This document shows, one piece after another, positions 42,088 through 53,228 of a stretch of DNA of 64,000 bases. The notes below the pieces were generated by a model. That model searched no databases. It had not been told where the DNA came from and was given only the letters and a program-made list of their open reading frames with translations. Positions within the stretch are counted from its first letter, which is position 1; each line of letters opens with the position of its first letter. Source of the stretch: a bacterium (GTDB taxonomy: Bacteria; RBG-13-61-14; DATKZS01); assembly GCA_963674965.2 (NCBI GenBank), contig CAXXFL010000003.1, positions 96,001 to 160,000 on the forward strand. Direction: 5' to 3'. The position numbers were made by a program, and so were the translations under genes.

Positions 42088-44577
42088 TCACTTGTCTTGT
42101 CGGGATGGACCTCGAGCCGGGTCCGGAAGGTATCTGAAGATCACCCAGCGACCGTCGTCGTATAAAGGCTCGAAATGCCCGGGGTCGCGGTATAATTTTC
42201 CCACCGCTTCCGGATGGCCGCAGGCGAACCCCCGCAGTTGATACAAAGGGTCCCGGTTGATTATGACGCCCTTGGCGTTGAAGCGGCCGAGGATTTCTCT
42301 TACTCTTTCCATCTTGGTCCGGTGATCGAAAAACTCGGCCTCGAGGAGCCGCCGCTCGTCCTGGTCGGCCACGCCCGTGCCGGGCTTGTGCTGAACCGCC
42401 ACGAACTGCGGCAAATACGCCGTAAGCCGGTAGCCTGTCCAGGCGTCGGTGAATAAGACGTCGTCTTTGCCGAACCATCCGGACTCCTTTATCGCCTGGA
42501 AGGGAGTAGACTCGTAGATCAGGGTGTCCTTCGGGTACTTTTCGGCTATGGCCATCGACTTCCTTAAAAGGTCGTTGTAATAGGGGACGCCGCTCTTTAT
42601 CCGAGCGCATCCGAAGGCGATCGCCATCGAGAGGCAAAGGGTGAGGGCCACGTGGGCCAGCGGACGCCTGGCCTCCTGGACCACGAGGCTCGCCGCCGCG
42701 TGAACCAGTATGGCCGCGGGCAGGAAGGAGAAAATGGCTCCCAGCCGGAGCAGTCTTCTCAGGTAGCCCATGCTGAAATATTCCGAGAAAAGAGTGGCGA
42801 GGACCGGGTGAAAGCATATGAGGGGAACGGCGACCAGCGCGGCCAGGGCGATGGTGGGACCGTGCTTTCCCGGCCCACCCATCCTGGAGAAGGGCGGAGC
42901 CAGGAAAAAGGCCGGCGCGTTTTTCCTCCTCCTGGATAGATACCAGAGCAGAGGGAGGCCGGCGTAACCGAGAAGGTAAATCGGATAGAAGGTCACGTTG
43001 GGGTTGTCCAGGCTGAGCAGGAAGGGGTTGAGCGTGAACAGACCCGAGGTGATAAAGGACCGGTACGGGTTCCTGCCGAACTGGGCCCAGTTGGTGGCCG
43101 CGTCGATGGCGGACTTCCGGGCCAGAACGTAGGGCGAGGCCACTACCAGACACAGTAACGCGATGGACAGGGCGAGGACGGCCGCGAACCACAGGGAATT
43201 GGACTCTTTGGATCCCCGTTTCCTGTAGGGCCAGACGATGGCCGCCAACAATAGTGAAGGGATTAAAACGAAAAACGCCGCGTAGACCCAGGGAGAAAAA
43301 TCCGCGCCCCCGCCGAGGAGGGGCGTGAACCCTTCCAGGTCCTTTGTATGGGACTTGACCAGGAAATTGGCCAGGGCCAGCGCGAGAGGAGCGGCCATCA
43401 TCGCCGAGACCGCGGCTACTCCGACCTTTTTGCCGCCTTTCCAGGCGGACCCGTAAGCGGTCCACAAGCCCAGTCGTTCAAGCAGGGTAAGGCCGGCGAA
43501 GGAAAGCACGGTGACGTAGAAACACAGTCCCCACAGGACATGCGTTATGGACATGCCCAGGACGGCCAGGGCGAGACCGAAAAATATCTCGAAGAAAAAC
43601 AGGCAGGCCACGCCCCGGGTTTCCATGGTGACGGCGAATAAATGGACGCAGGCGGGAAAGACCAAAAGCCACTGGCTGTCCGCCGGATAAAAGGAGGCCC
43701 GGCCCAGAAAGACGAGTCCGCCGTAAACGACGTGGTAGGAAACGTAGAGGAAGAAAGAGGTCCGGCCCAACTCGACGCCCAAAAGCCGCGAGGCCATGGC
43801 GTAAAAGGCAAGCGCCGCCGCGGGTATGACCGCGAACCCCGATTTCGCGTATAGCTCGATGGGTCCTATCTCGAAGAGCCTGGAGATCATGGCCCACTGC
43901 AGGGCCCAGACGTTGTAGGAGTGGATGGGGTCGGGAGGAGCGTCGGCGTAAGCGAAGTGGGCCAGGGACGCCGCGTTCCAGGCAACGAGCTTGTTAACGG
44001 CCGAGATATAGTTGAAGTAGTCCCAGTCGATCATGGTCCCCCGAAACGACCCGATCCAGGCCGCCGCGGCCGCCAGGAGGACCGTCACCGCCATGACGCC
44101 CAGTTTATTCAATGGTGAGACGGATAAGCCCCTGAGGCCGAGCAGGTAAAACGGGGACTGCGACGCGAGGGCCAGGACGCAAAGGATGCATATGACGGCA
44201 ATCTCGAAGGCCGTCACGAAAGCAAGGCCCACTCCGAAATAGTAGGCGGCCAGTCCCGGAAAGGCCCAGACTCCCATGGACAGGGCCACGCTGAGCGGTA
44301 TCCTTTCCAAAAGGTCGAGCGGCTTATAAGGGAAAAGAAAGCACTCCAGGAACCAGCCTGGCGCGATGAAGAAAAGATAAAAGCCCAAAAGGGCCTTGAT
44401 CTCCCCGGGCGGCCCCAGGTCGAGGAAGGCCACCAGGAGCGCGGGAATAAGGGGCGCTCCTCCCGCCAGCGCCATTAGGGGCCGGGTGGAAAGAGTAAAG
44501 CCTATTCCACCGTCTTTTTTTTCGGGTATCCCCGGCCCGGCGTAATGAAGCGCCGGGCGTTTGGATTTATCCTCCAT
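42088..44577 (-). CDS. Large polytopic membrane protein, possibly a GT-C-fold glycosyltransferase
   Basis: More than 15 hydrophobic segments, acidic loop DWDYFNY after the early TMs, soluble C-terminal domain ending FEPLYDDGRWVIFR. Confidence 0.55.
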   Translation of the reverse strand: MEDKSKRPALHYAGPGIPEKKDGGIGFTLSTRPLMALAGGAPLIPALLVAFLDLGPPGEIKALLGFYLFFIAPGWFLECFLFPYKPLDLLERIPLSVALSMGVWAFPGLAAYYFGVGLAFVTAFEIAVICILCVLALASQSPFYLLGLRGLSVSPLNKLGVMAVTVLLAAAAAWIGSFRGTMIDWDYFNYISAVNKLVAWNAASLAHFAYADAPPDPIHSYNVWALQWAMISRLFEIGPIELYAKSGFAVIPAAALAFYAMASRLLGVELGRTSFFLYVSYHVVYGGLVFLGRASFYPADSQWLLVFPACVHLFAVTMETRGVACLFFFEIFFGLALAVLGMSITHVLWGLCFYVTVLSFAGLTLLERLGLWTAYGSAWKGGKKVGVAAVSAMMAAPLALALANFLVKSHTKDLEGFTPLLGGGADFSPWVYAAFFVLIPSLLLAAIVWPYRKRGSKESNSLWFAAVLALSIALLCLVVASPYVLARKSAIDAATNWAQFGRNPYRSFITSGLFTLNPFLLSLDNPNVTFYPIYLLGYAGLPLLWYLSRRRKNAPAFFLAPPFSRMGGPGKHGPTIALAALVAVPLICFHPVLATLFSEYFSMGYLRRLLRLGAIFSFLPAAILVHAAASLVVQEARRPLAHVALTLCLSMAIAFGCARIKSGVPYYNDLLRKSMAIAEKYPKDTLIYESTPFQAIKESGWFGKDDVLFTDAWTGYRLTAYLPQFVAVQHKPGTGVADQDERRLLEAEFFDHRTKMERVREILGRFNAKGVIINRDPLYQLRGFACGHPEAVGKLYRDPGHFEPLYDDGRWVIFRYLPDPARGPSRQDK

Positions 44578-44657
44578 GCTCGAAGCTCGGCTCCATGTTC
44601 GTGGATGATATTGTCCCTTTATTCATTGCTTGATCCACGCTCCATATCTTTTTGTCC

Positions 44658-45952
44658 TTATTTTTTGAAACGCATGGACACGGAAAGGGAGTGGGCCAGA
44701 AGCCCCTCGATCTCGGCGAAGCGCTCGACGGGACCGGCGATGGACTCGAGCGCCTTTTTCGAGAGCGTGGTCACGGTCTGGGTCTTCATGAAGTCGGACA
44801 CCCCGAGGGGGGAACTGAACCTGGCCGTTCCGCCTGTGGGCAGGACGTGGTTGGCCCCCGCCATGTAGTCCCCCGCGGGGGCCGGCGAATATGGGCCCAT
44901 GAAAACGCTGCCCGCGTTCTTGATCCTGGCGAGAAAGCGGCGAGGCGATTCCATCATGATCTCGAGGTGCTCCGGCGCGATGAGGTTTACGACCTCGGCC
45001 GCTCCCTCCTCGTCGCGAGCGATCACGGTGAAGATGGACTGGGCCGAGCTCTTGAGGCCCTCGTTGACCGCGCCCAGGGTTTTGACCACCGACTGGAGCT
45101 CGACTTCCACCCTTTCGGCCAGCTTGGGGGAGGTGGTTACGAGGACGGCGGATGAGTCTCCACCGTGCTCGGCCTGGGCCGCCATGTCCAGGGCGATGAG
45201 CCCGGCGTCGGCTTTGGCGTCGGCCGCCACCGCCACCTCGCTGGGACCGGCGATCGAGTCGATGCCGCACATGCCCCTCGAGTGGGCGATCACCTTGGCG
45301 GCGGTGACCCATATGCTTCCCGGCCCCACGATCTTGTCGACCCTGGGGACCGAGCTCGAGCCCGAGGCCAGGGCCGCCACTCCCTGCACTCCTCCCACCT
45401 TATGCACCGAGTCCACGCCGGCTATGCCCGCGGCCGCCAAAACGTGCGGACTCGAGACGCCGCCGGGCCAGGGGCTGATCATGACCAGCTTTGACACGCC
45501 CGCCAGCCTGGCGGGGATGGCGGTCATCAGGACCGTCGAGGCCAGGGGAAAACGTCCGCCCGGCACGCACAGGCCCACCCGCTCGATGGGCAGGAAGCGC
45601 TCCTCGATGACCGTGCCGTCGCCGCCGTTATATTTCGTGTTCGCCGGTTTTTGCGTCTGGTGGAAGGCCTTGATCCGGCGGGCCGCCAGCCGCATGACCT
45701 TGAGGTCGGATGGACCCACGGCGTCCATGGCCCTTTTAATCTCGTCCCCCGTCACCCTGGTCCGTCCGGGGTATATCTCATGGGACTCGAGCTCGCGTGT
45801 CCACCTGGCGAGGGACTTGTCGCCGCCGCGCTCGACGTCCTTGAATATCTCGTCCGCCCTCTCCATGACCTCGGCGGGAATTTCCTGGGCGGTCCTAAGC
45901 AGGCGAAGGAGCTTTTCGTCGAAGCCCGGGTCCTTTTGGATTAGCGTCAGCA

Positions 45953-45953
<1 letters not shown>
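44658..45953 (-). CDS. hisD: Histidinol dehydrogenase
   Basis: RVGLCVPGG, DKIVGPG, AGPSEV, AQAEH, PEHLE, GDYMAGANHVLPT. ATG overlaps the murA stop (TAATG). Confidence 0.95.
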
Positions 45954-47224
<1,271 letters not shown>

Positions 47225-47339
47225 ATATCGTCTCCCGTGGTTACTTCTTCACTAATCCGAGAATCCAGGATATCCGGTCTTTGGCGCCTCCACAAGAAGG
47301 ACCGGCCATGAAAGGACCGGCCGCGGGCCATGTTCCCGT

Positions 47340-48236
47340 TCACGCTCGTCGAAAAATTACTATCCTCGGGATGCCCTGCAGATCGTTCCTGATCTTTTCC
47401 AGGACCAGGCCCTTGCCGGCCAGCGCTCCCATGGCTTTCTCCTGGCCCTCGCCTATCTCGAGGAAAAGCCTTCCTCCCGGCCTCAGCATGGGCGGGGTTT
47501 CTTCAGCCAGGCGCCGGATGAAATCGAGACCTTCCTCTCCCCCGTCCAGCGCCAGCCGGGGCTCGTGGTCCCGGACCTCCGGCTGCAGCTCGGCGATCGT
47601 GGCGGAGGGCACGTAGGGGGGGTTGCAGGTGATATGGTCAAAGGGCGCCAGGTCGGCGGCCGCCTCGAGTCCGTCGCCCGCGAGAAACCTTATCCTGTCC
47701 GCCAGGCCCAGGGCGGCCGCGTTTTTCGTTACGGCCTCCCCCGCCGTCGGGTCGAGGTCCACGGCGACGGCCTCGACCAGGGGAAGAGCGTGGAGTATGG
47801 CCAGGGGTATGGCGCCCGTGCCGGTCCCGATATCCAGGATGACCCTGCCTTTCAGCTCGGCCTTTTTCAGGACGGCCAATACCTCGTCCACCAGGAGCTC
47901 GGTCTCGGGCCGGGGAATGAAGCGGCCGGCGGGAACGGACAGGGTTATATCGTGGAATTCCTTGAATCCCAGGATATAGGCGGCGGGTTCCCGGTTTCTT
48001 CTTCTTTTCACCGCCTGGCGGAACCTGGCCAGGCCCTCCTCCCCGGGCAGTTCCTCATAGCGGGTGTATAGCTCCACCCTCTTCATGGAAAGGCTGTGGG
48101 CAAGCAGAATCTCCGCGTCCAGGCGAGGGGAGTCGATCCCCTTTTCCCTGAAGTCGGCCTCCGCCCATTTCAGCAGCTCCCCCACCGTCCATTCGCCCGG
48201 GCGGGGCCGCGCTGACCGGTCATCGGTTTGGGTCAT
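47340..48236 (-). CDS. prmC: Release factor glutamine methyltransferase
   Basis: PRLDAEILLAH, IPRPETE, LDIGTGTG, NPPY, ALDGGEEGLD. Confidence 0.95.
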   Translation of the reverse strand: MTQTDDRSARPRPGEWTVGELLKWAEADFREKGIDSPRLDAEILLAHSLSMKRVELYTRYEELPGEEGLARFRQAVKRRRNREPAAYILGFKEFHDITLSVPAGRFIPRPETELLVDEVLAVLKKAELKGRVILDIGTGTGAIPLAILHALPLVEAVAVDLDPTAGEAVTKNAAALGLADRIRFLAGDGLEAAADLAPFDHITCNPPYVPSATIAELQPEVRDHEPRLALDGGEEGLDFIRRLAEETPPMLRPGGRLFLEIGEGQEKAMGALAGKGLVLEKIRNDLQGIPRIVIFRRA

Positions 48237-48276
48237 GACTTGGCCTCGCGGAGCGCGCGCGGAAATCCGGGGACCC

Positions 48277-48316
48277 AATAAAAAGAACGACGCCCGGCCA
48301 TGCTCGTCGGGCGTCG
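48277..48316 (-). terminator. Rho-independent terminator of the downstream porin gene
   Basis: Minus strand CGACGCCCGAC-loop-GCCGGGCGTCG followed by TTCTTTTTATT, 22 nt after the stop. Confidence 0.75.
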
Positions 48317-48338
48317 CGAGATTTCGACGTGGTCCGGA

Positions 48339-49550
48339 TTATTGCCAGACCTGGACCTGGATAAGGAGAAGGTCATTGTCCTGGGCCGCGAATTGCGGGT
48401 TATAACCGGGAGCGCTCGGGTCGGCCGCGGGGGAGCCGACGCTGATATCGTTGGCGTCCTCCTGCTTGAACACGTAGTTGAGCGAGAGCTCCGCTCCCTG
48501 GGCGAATCTCCAGTTGGCGCCGAGGGTTAGCCAGTTCGCCTTGTCGTTGAGGCTGGTGGGCACGGTGGGACCGTCCTTGGAGTCGGGATCGAGCTCCTCG
48601 TAGCGGGCCAGCAGTTCCAACTCCGGCATGAGCCAGTATCCGACCGTTACCTGCCATCCGTACCAGCCCACGTCGGCGTATTCTCCATTCACGTCGAGCT
48701 GGCCGTCGGCGATGATGCCGGTGGCGTAGTCGGCCGTTACCTCGAGGTTGTTGGCCGAGTAGGAGCCGTACATATACCACAGGGTCAGGGTTCGAAGCTC
48801 GACGTCTCCGGTGGACGGGTATCCCTGATCGTAGTCCTCCCCCCAGTAGGCGGCCGAGACCGAAAGCTCGTCGTTGGGGGAGAAGGTGAAGATCACGCTG
48901 GTGGCGTTGGCGACGTTCTGGTCGTTTTGCGCCATGCCGCCGGGCATGATCCCGTTCCAGAAACCGACGTCGAGTTGGACCATATAGGGAGGGGTGACGG
49001 TAATGTTGACGCCCGCGTTTTGCCAGGTCGAGAGGTCCCTGGCGACGGGCATGTTCCCGAACAGGGCCGTGGTCATTCTCGATCCGTTATTGAGGAGGGG
49101 ATACTGGATCAGGTCCATGTCGTTGACCCTCCTGGGCATATAGTTGGTGATATTGGGGATGAAGGTCCCCAGCTTGACGTCGGTCCACGGGACAATCTTG
49201 GAGAAGGTCATGGAAACCTGGCGCACGCCGATGGTTCCCACCTCTCCCGGGTTGGGCCTTCCGGCCAATCCTCCCGCCTGGGTCTCGCTCGAGTAGGTGG
49301 CGGCCAGCTCGACGTTATAGGAGAGGTTGTCCGCCAGCACTCCGTCAAGGGTGACGTCCACGAGGGAGGTGGTGAAATCGTCGCGCCCGGGCCAGGCGGT
49401 CTCGGAATCCCGCTGGGAATATCCCCACAGCCACTTGACCGCCGCGCCGAGTTGAATCTTGCCCGCCTCGGTCCGTACGTCCTGGGCCGCGGCCGGCAGG
49501 CAGACGAACAAGGCCAGAAAAACGACGGCGCCGTATTTGTAAAACTTCAT
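48339..49550 (-). CDS. Outer-membrane beta-barrel porin-like protein
   Basis: Signal peptide ending AAA|Q, alternating aromatic beta strands, LLARYEELDP, LGANWRF, C-terminus LIQVQVWQ. Confidence 0.75.
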   Translation of the reverse strand: MKFYKYGAVVFLALFVCLPAAAQDVRTEAGKIQLGAAVKWLWGYSQRDSETAWPGRDDFTTSLVDVTLDGVLADNLSYNVELAATYSSETQAGGLAGRPNPGEVGTIGVRQVSMTFSKIVPWTDVKLGTFIPNITNYMPRRVNDMDLIQYPLLNNGSRMTTALFGNMPVARDLSTWQNAGVNITVTPPYMVQLDVGFWNGIMPGGMAQNDQNVANATSVIFTFSPNDELSVSAAYWGEDYDQGYPSTGDVELRTLTLWYMYGSYSANNLEVTADYATGIIADGQLDVNGEYADVGWYGWQVTVGYWLMPELELLARYEELDPDSKDGPTVPTSLNDKANWLTLGANWRFAQGAELSLNYVFKQEDANDISVGSPAADPSAPGYNPQFAAQDNDLLLIQVQVWQ

Positions 49551-49576
49551 TTTATCCTCCTGATTGGAACTATATA

Positions 49577-49604
49577 ATTATCCGACTAGCGGCGGGCCTG
49601 TCAA
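49577..49604 (-). promoter_or_regulatory. Putative sigma70 promoter between the two porin genes
   Basis: Minus strand TTGACA-16-GATAAT, followed by an AGGAGG RBS. Confidence 0.5.
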
Positions 49605-49635
49605 ATTCCCCCTTGAATCGAACAAATATCCCGGC

Positions 49636-50817
49636 TTACTGCCATACCTGGAGCTGGACCCTGAAGTAGTCGTTGTTAACGTCCTGAAAGCGTCCCCCCA
49701 CTCTTCCCTTGTAAACGTCCGCCTTGTCTCCCTCTTCCACGGGCATGACGAAGTTCACCGACATATCGGCGTGATCGTTGATACCATAGGTAAGTCCAGC
49801 CGTCCATCTCGTTATCTGGTCGAAGCGGCTCCTCGAGAAGGTGTCCTCCCTGTCCGCGTCGTTGGGATCGATCCATTCCCAGCGAAGAAGAACGGTCCAG
49901 GCGTCGAAAAAGCGCCATCCCAGGTCCGCGTGGCCCCCGATGGACCTCAAGTCCATCCTGTCCCCGCTCATGGTCGTCTGGTAATCGCTCAGTATCAGGT
50001 CGGTCCACTCGAAGGTCGCCCATATCCGGTCGACGCTTACCCTGGCCCCGCCGATCCAGGCGTCGGCGTCGAGTTCCTCCGGCTGGTTCCCGCCGCTTAC
50101 GTCCTCTTCAAAGTCCTCGTGCATGTAGGAGCCCCAGAAGGACACCGGGCCGGAGCCCAGCTCGATACGGCAGCCCCAGGCCTTGCCCTTGTCCAATCCG
50201 CCGCCGAAAGTCTCCGGCTCGGAGTTGGCGTTTCCATCCGGCATGTAACCGTTGAGATAGAAAAAGGAGGTCTGAATCCATTCGGCGGGATGGAAAATAT
50301 ATTCGGCCCCCGCGTTTTGCCAGCCCATGGACCGGAAGGCTTCGTCGGTGTGGATGAGGGGCAGGTCCACGAAGTCCCAGGAGCGGGCGGGCGCGTCCTG
50401 GTAATATCCCCACCCCGGCCTGAAGGTACCCACTCTGATGGTGGAATAAGGCACGAGATCGACCAGGTCTATTACCGCCGTCCTGACTCCCACCGTTCCC
50501 ATCTCGAAGGGGGAACTCTCGACCGTTTGGCCCTCGCCCGTGATGGGATCGAGATACAAGCTCTGGTTGGCCACGAGCTCGATCTCGTAACGGACGTTGT
50601 CCCCGAGCTCGCCGGCGAGGTCGATGCCCACCCACCGGAGTCCGCCCTCGGATATGCCGTCAACCCCGCTTTGCTCGTTTTCGTCCCTGTGGGTGTAAAC
50701 GGCCTTGATTAGCACGCCGATCTGGATTACGCCTTGCTCGACCGACGCCGGCTCGGCCGCGGCCGTTCGGGTCAGAAAAAGGGCCAGAAGCAGAGCGGCC
50801 AGTATGGTTCTGGTCAT
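49636..50817 (-). CDS. Outer-membrane beta-barrel porin-like protein, paralogue of 48339-49550
   Basis: Signal peptide ending AAA|E; shared motifs GTxGVR, GTFxP, WQNAG; C-terminus VQLQVWQ. Confidence 0.75.
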   Translation of the reverse strand: MTRTILAALLLALFLTRTAAAEPASVEQGVIQIGVLIKAVYTHRDENEQSGVDGISEGGLRWVGIDLAGELGDNVRYEIELVANQSLYLDPITGEGQTVESSPFEMGTVGVRTAVIDLVDLVPYSTIRVGTFRPGWGYYQDAPARSWDFVDLPLIHTDEAFRSMGWQNAGAEYIFHPAEWIQTSFFYLNGYMPDGNANSEPETFGGGLDKGKAWGCRIELGSGPVSFWGSYMHEDFEEDVSGGNQPEELDADAWIGGARVSVDRIWATFEWTDLILSDYQTTMSGDRMDLRSIGGHADLGWRFFDAWTVLLRWEWIDPNDADREDTFSRSRFDQITRWTAGLTYGINDHADMSVNFVMPVEEGDKADVYKGRVGGRFQDVNNDYFRVQLQVWQ

Positions 50818-50839
50818 GGAGAAGTATCCTCCCTTATTC

Positions 50840-51862
50840 TTACTCGCCGGCGGCTTTGCCTTCCTCTTTGGGGGAGGAGGGCTTGCCCGGCTTGCTCAGA
50901 CATTTTAACACGAATTTCTCGACCGAGTCCGCGTCGTAAATCCTGACGTCCGCCGGAAGACGGCCGAGGGGTATCTCCGCGCGGGCGGCCGATTTGTGTC
51001 CTCCCGCGCTCCCGTACTCCGAAAAGTGTATATTGGCGATCTTGCCGGCGTCGCGTCTCATGCTTCGAGACCTGAAGATTATTACCAGTTTTTCCATGCT
51101 GAAGCACGAGATGGCCACGAACTGTATCCCGGAGACGCGCACGAAGAAGTCGGCCAGAATGACCGCGATGTCGGGAGAATCGGGGGCCCCCACGTGGATA
51201 ACGGCCCGCCTCGAGACCACCTCGAGCCGGTGGAGCGCGAAGTCGAGGTATTGGAGCTGCTTATAAGGTATTTCCGCCTGCTCGATGAGCCGGAGCACCC
51301 TGTAGTTTACCTTGGGAAAAAGCTTGGAAAAGGCCAGAGCGTCCGCTTTGGTCACGTGCCTTTGAAAATGGTCGGTGTCGGTGATGATGCCGTAACAAAG
51401 GGCGGTGGCCATGCCGGCCCCGATCCGTATCTTTGCCCTCTCAAGATATCCGGTCATCATGGTGCTGGTGGCTCCCATGTCAGGCCGGATATCGGCGTAG
51501 CCGTACTCGAAACCGGGAGAGATGGGATGGTGGTCTATTACGAAGTCCCAGCGGGGAACGGACACCTCGGGAAACTGGTTGGCCTGGCCGTCGACGAGGC
51601 AAAGACAATTGTATCCGGAGAACATGCCCTCCTTGTATTGGACGGTGGGAATCCGCAACAGCTTGACCATGCTGCGGTTTTCCAGGCGCTTGATGCTCTC
51701 GTGGATCACCACGTCGGCCGCGCTTTTGTTCTTTTTGAATAAATGGACCAAAGCCCAGGCGCTGGCCAGGGAGTCGGGGTCCGGATGAATTAATATGGCG
51801 GCCTTTTTATCCGGACCCAGGTGGGGTTTCAGTTTATCGTAGTATCCTTCCGGCACGGCCAT
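50840..51862 (-). CDS. DHH/DHHA1 family phosphoesterase
   Basis: HPDPD, IDHH, GATST, TDT, GGH. Confidence 0.9.
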   Translation of the reverse strand: MAVPEGYYDKLKPHLGPDKKAAILIHPDPDSLASAWALVHLFKKNKSAADVVIHESIKRLENRSMVKLLRIPTVQYKEGMFSGYNCLCLVDGQANQFPEVSVPRWDFVIDHHPISPGFEYGYADIRPDMGATSTMMTGYLERAKIRIGAGMATALCYGIITDTDHFQRHVTKADALAFSKLFPKVNYRVLRLIEQAEIPYKQLQYLDFALHRLEVVSRRAVIHVGAPDSPDIAVILADFFVRVSGIQFVAISCFSMEKLVIIFRSRSMRRDAGKIANIHFSEYGSAGGHKSAARAEIPLGRLPADVRIYDADSVEKFVLKCLSKPGKPSSPKEEGKAAGE

Positions 51863-51922
51863 ATCATATACTTAAGTCATTCACCCCGCAAACGGGAAGG
51901 CCCCCCACTCCCGTCGGCGGCT

Positions 51923-52465
51923 TTATTGGCCGAAGGTCTCGGCCAGCGACTCCTCGTATTGCTCGAGCACCCGGTCGCTGAAAAGGACCATGGTCACCCG
52001 ATCGAGTTTTCCCGGGTTCTTCTCCAGGAAATCGGATATGGCCTTCAGGGCCAGGCGGGAGGCCTTGTCCGCGGGAAAGCCGTAGGCCCCGGTCGAGACG
52101 CTGGGAAAGGCCACGGTCCTGGCCCCGTTTTCAACGGCCACCTCCAGGCTTCGCCGGTACGAGGAAGTTAAGGTGGACTCCTCGTTATTGCCCCCGCCGC
52201 GCCAGATGGGTCCCACCGTGTGGATTACCCACCGGGCCGGCAGGCGCCCGGCCCCGGTAATCTTGGCGTCGCCCGGCCGGCATCCGCCCAGCTTTTTGCA
52301 CTCGGCCAGAATCTCGGGGCCTCCGGCGCCATGTATGGCCCCGTCCACTCCCCCGCCGCCGAGGAGGGAGGAATTGGCCGCGTTCACGATGGCGTCGGCC
52401 TCTTCCCTGGTGAGGTCCCCCTTCTTCAGGGCAAGGACCGATTCCCCGATCTTTATCTCCCTCAT
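51923..52465 (-). CDS. ymdB: Macro-domain O-acetyl-ADP-ribose deacetylase (YmdB-like)
   Basis: GDLT, AIVNAANSSLLGGGGVDGAIH, VIHTVGP, AFPSVSTGAYGFP. Confidence 0.93.
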   Translation of the reverse strand: MREIKIGESVLALKKGDLTREEADAIVNAANSSLLGGGGVDGAIHGAGGPEILAECKKLGGCRPGDAKITGAGRLPARWVIHTVGPIWRGGGNNEESTLTSSYRRSLEVAVENGARTVAFPSVSTGAYGFPADKASRLALKAISDFLEKNPGKLDRVTMVLFSDRVLEQYEESLAETFGQ

Positions 52466-52485
52466 GCGTTCCTCCCGTTGGCGCG

Positions 52486-53226
52486 CTACTTGTCCTCGGG
52501 CCGCTCGATTTCGAGCTTTTTCCCTATGGCCTTCTCGACGGCGGCCTTGAGGGAAGCGTCGGAATAGCCCGTCATGGTCCCGTTGACGTAGAAGGTCGGC
52601 GTGCCGTCGACGCCCAGGTCCTTTCCCATCTCCACGCGCTTTTTTATCTTTTCAGAGTGTACTCCCTCGCTTAAGGCTTTTTCCATTTTTTCCTTGTCAA
52701 GGCCCAGGGAGGGGCAGGCCTCGAGGATTTTCTTTCTGATCGTCTTGATTTGATTCTCAAGGTTCTGGACGCTTCCCGGCCTTCCATGAGGGAAGAGGTC
52801 TTCCTGGTTCTCGAAGACCCAGGCCTGGAACTCCCAGAACTTTCCCTGCTCCTGGGCCTCGGCCGCGGCCTCGTGGGCGGTCATGGAATAAGGATGGAAG
52901 GCGAAAGCGTCGGGCATGGTGGTTGTAAGGGGCCGGTCCATCCAGACGAGCCGGACCTCCTCGGGGGCGGCCTTCCAGTAAGACTCGGCGATCTTGGCCA
53001 TGCGGGCGCAATAGGGGCACTGGAAATCGGAGAACTCCACTATCACGGCCTTGGCGTCATTGGGCCCCTTGGCGGGGCAAGTCGGGTCGAAAAGCAACTC
53101 GTCCGGGACCTTCCCGTCGCCTCCGGCTTTTTCCTTGGTTGACCCGGACCGCGATATAAGCGTCCCCGAGGCTATAAGAAAACAAACGAGAAGGGCCGTG
53201 GCCCAAACTTTTCCATTGACCTTCAT
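52486..53226 (-). CDS. DsbA/Com1-like thioredoxin-fold protein
   Basis: N-terminal anchor, EFSDFQCPYC, QGKFWE, GVDGTPTFYVNG. Confidence 0.9.
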   Translation of the reverse strand: MKVNGKVWATALLVCFLIASGTLISRSGSTKEKAGGDGKVPDELLFDPTCPAKGPNDAKAVIVEFSDFQCPYCARMAKIAESYWKAAPEEVRLVWMDRPLTTTMPDAFAFHPYSMTAHEAAAEAQEQGKFWEFQAWVFENQEDLFPHGRPGSVQNLENQIKTIRKKILEACPSLGLDKEKMEKALSEGVHSEKIKKRVEMGKDLGVDGTPTFYVNGTMTGYSDASLKAAVEKAIGKKLEIERPEDK

Positions 53227-53228
53227 TA

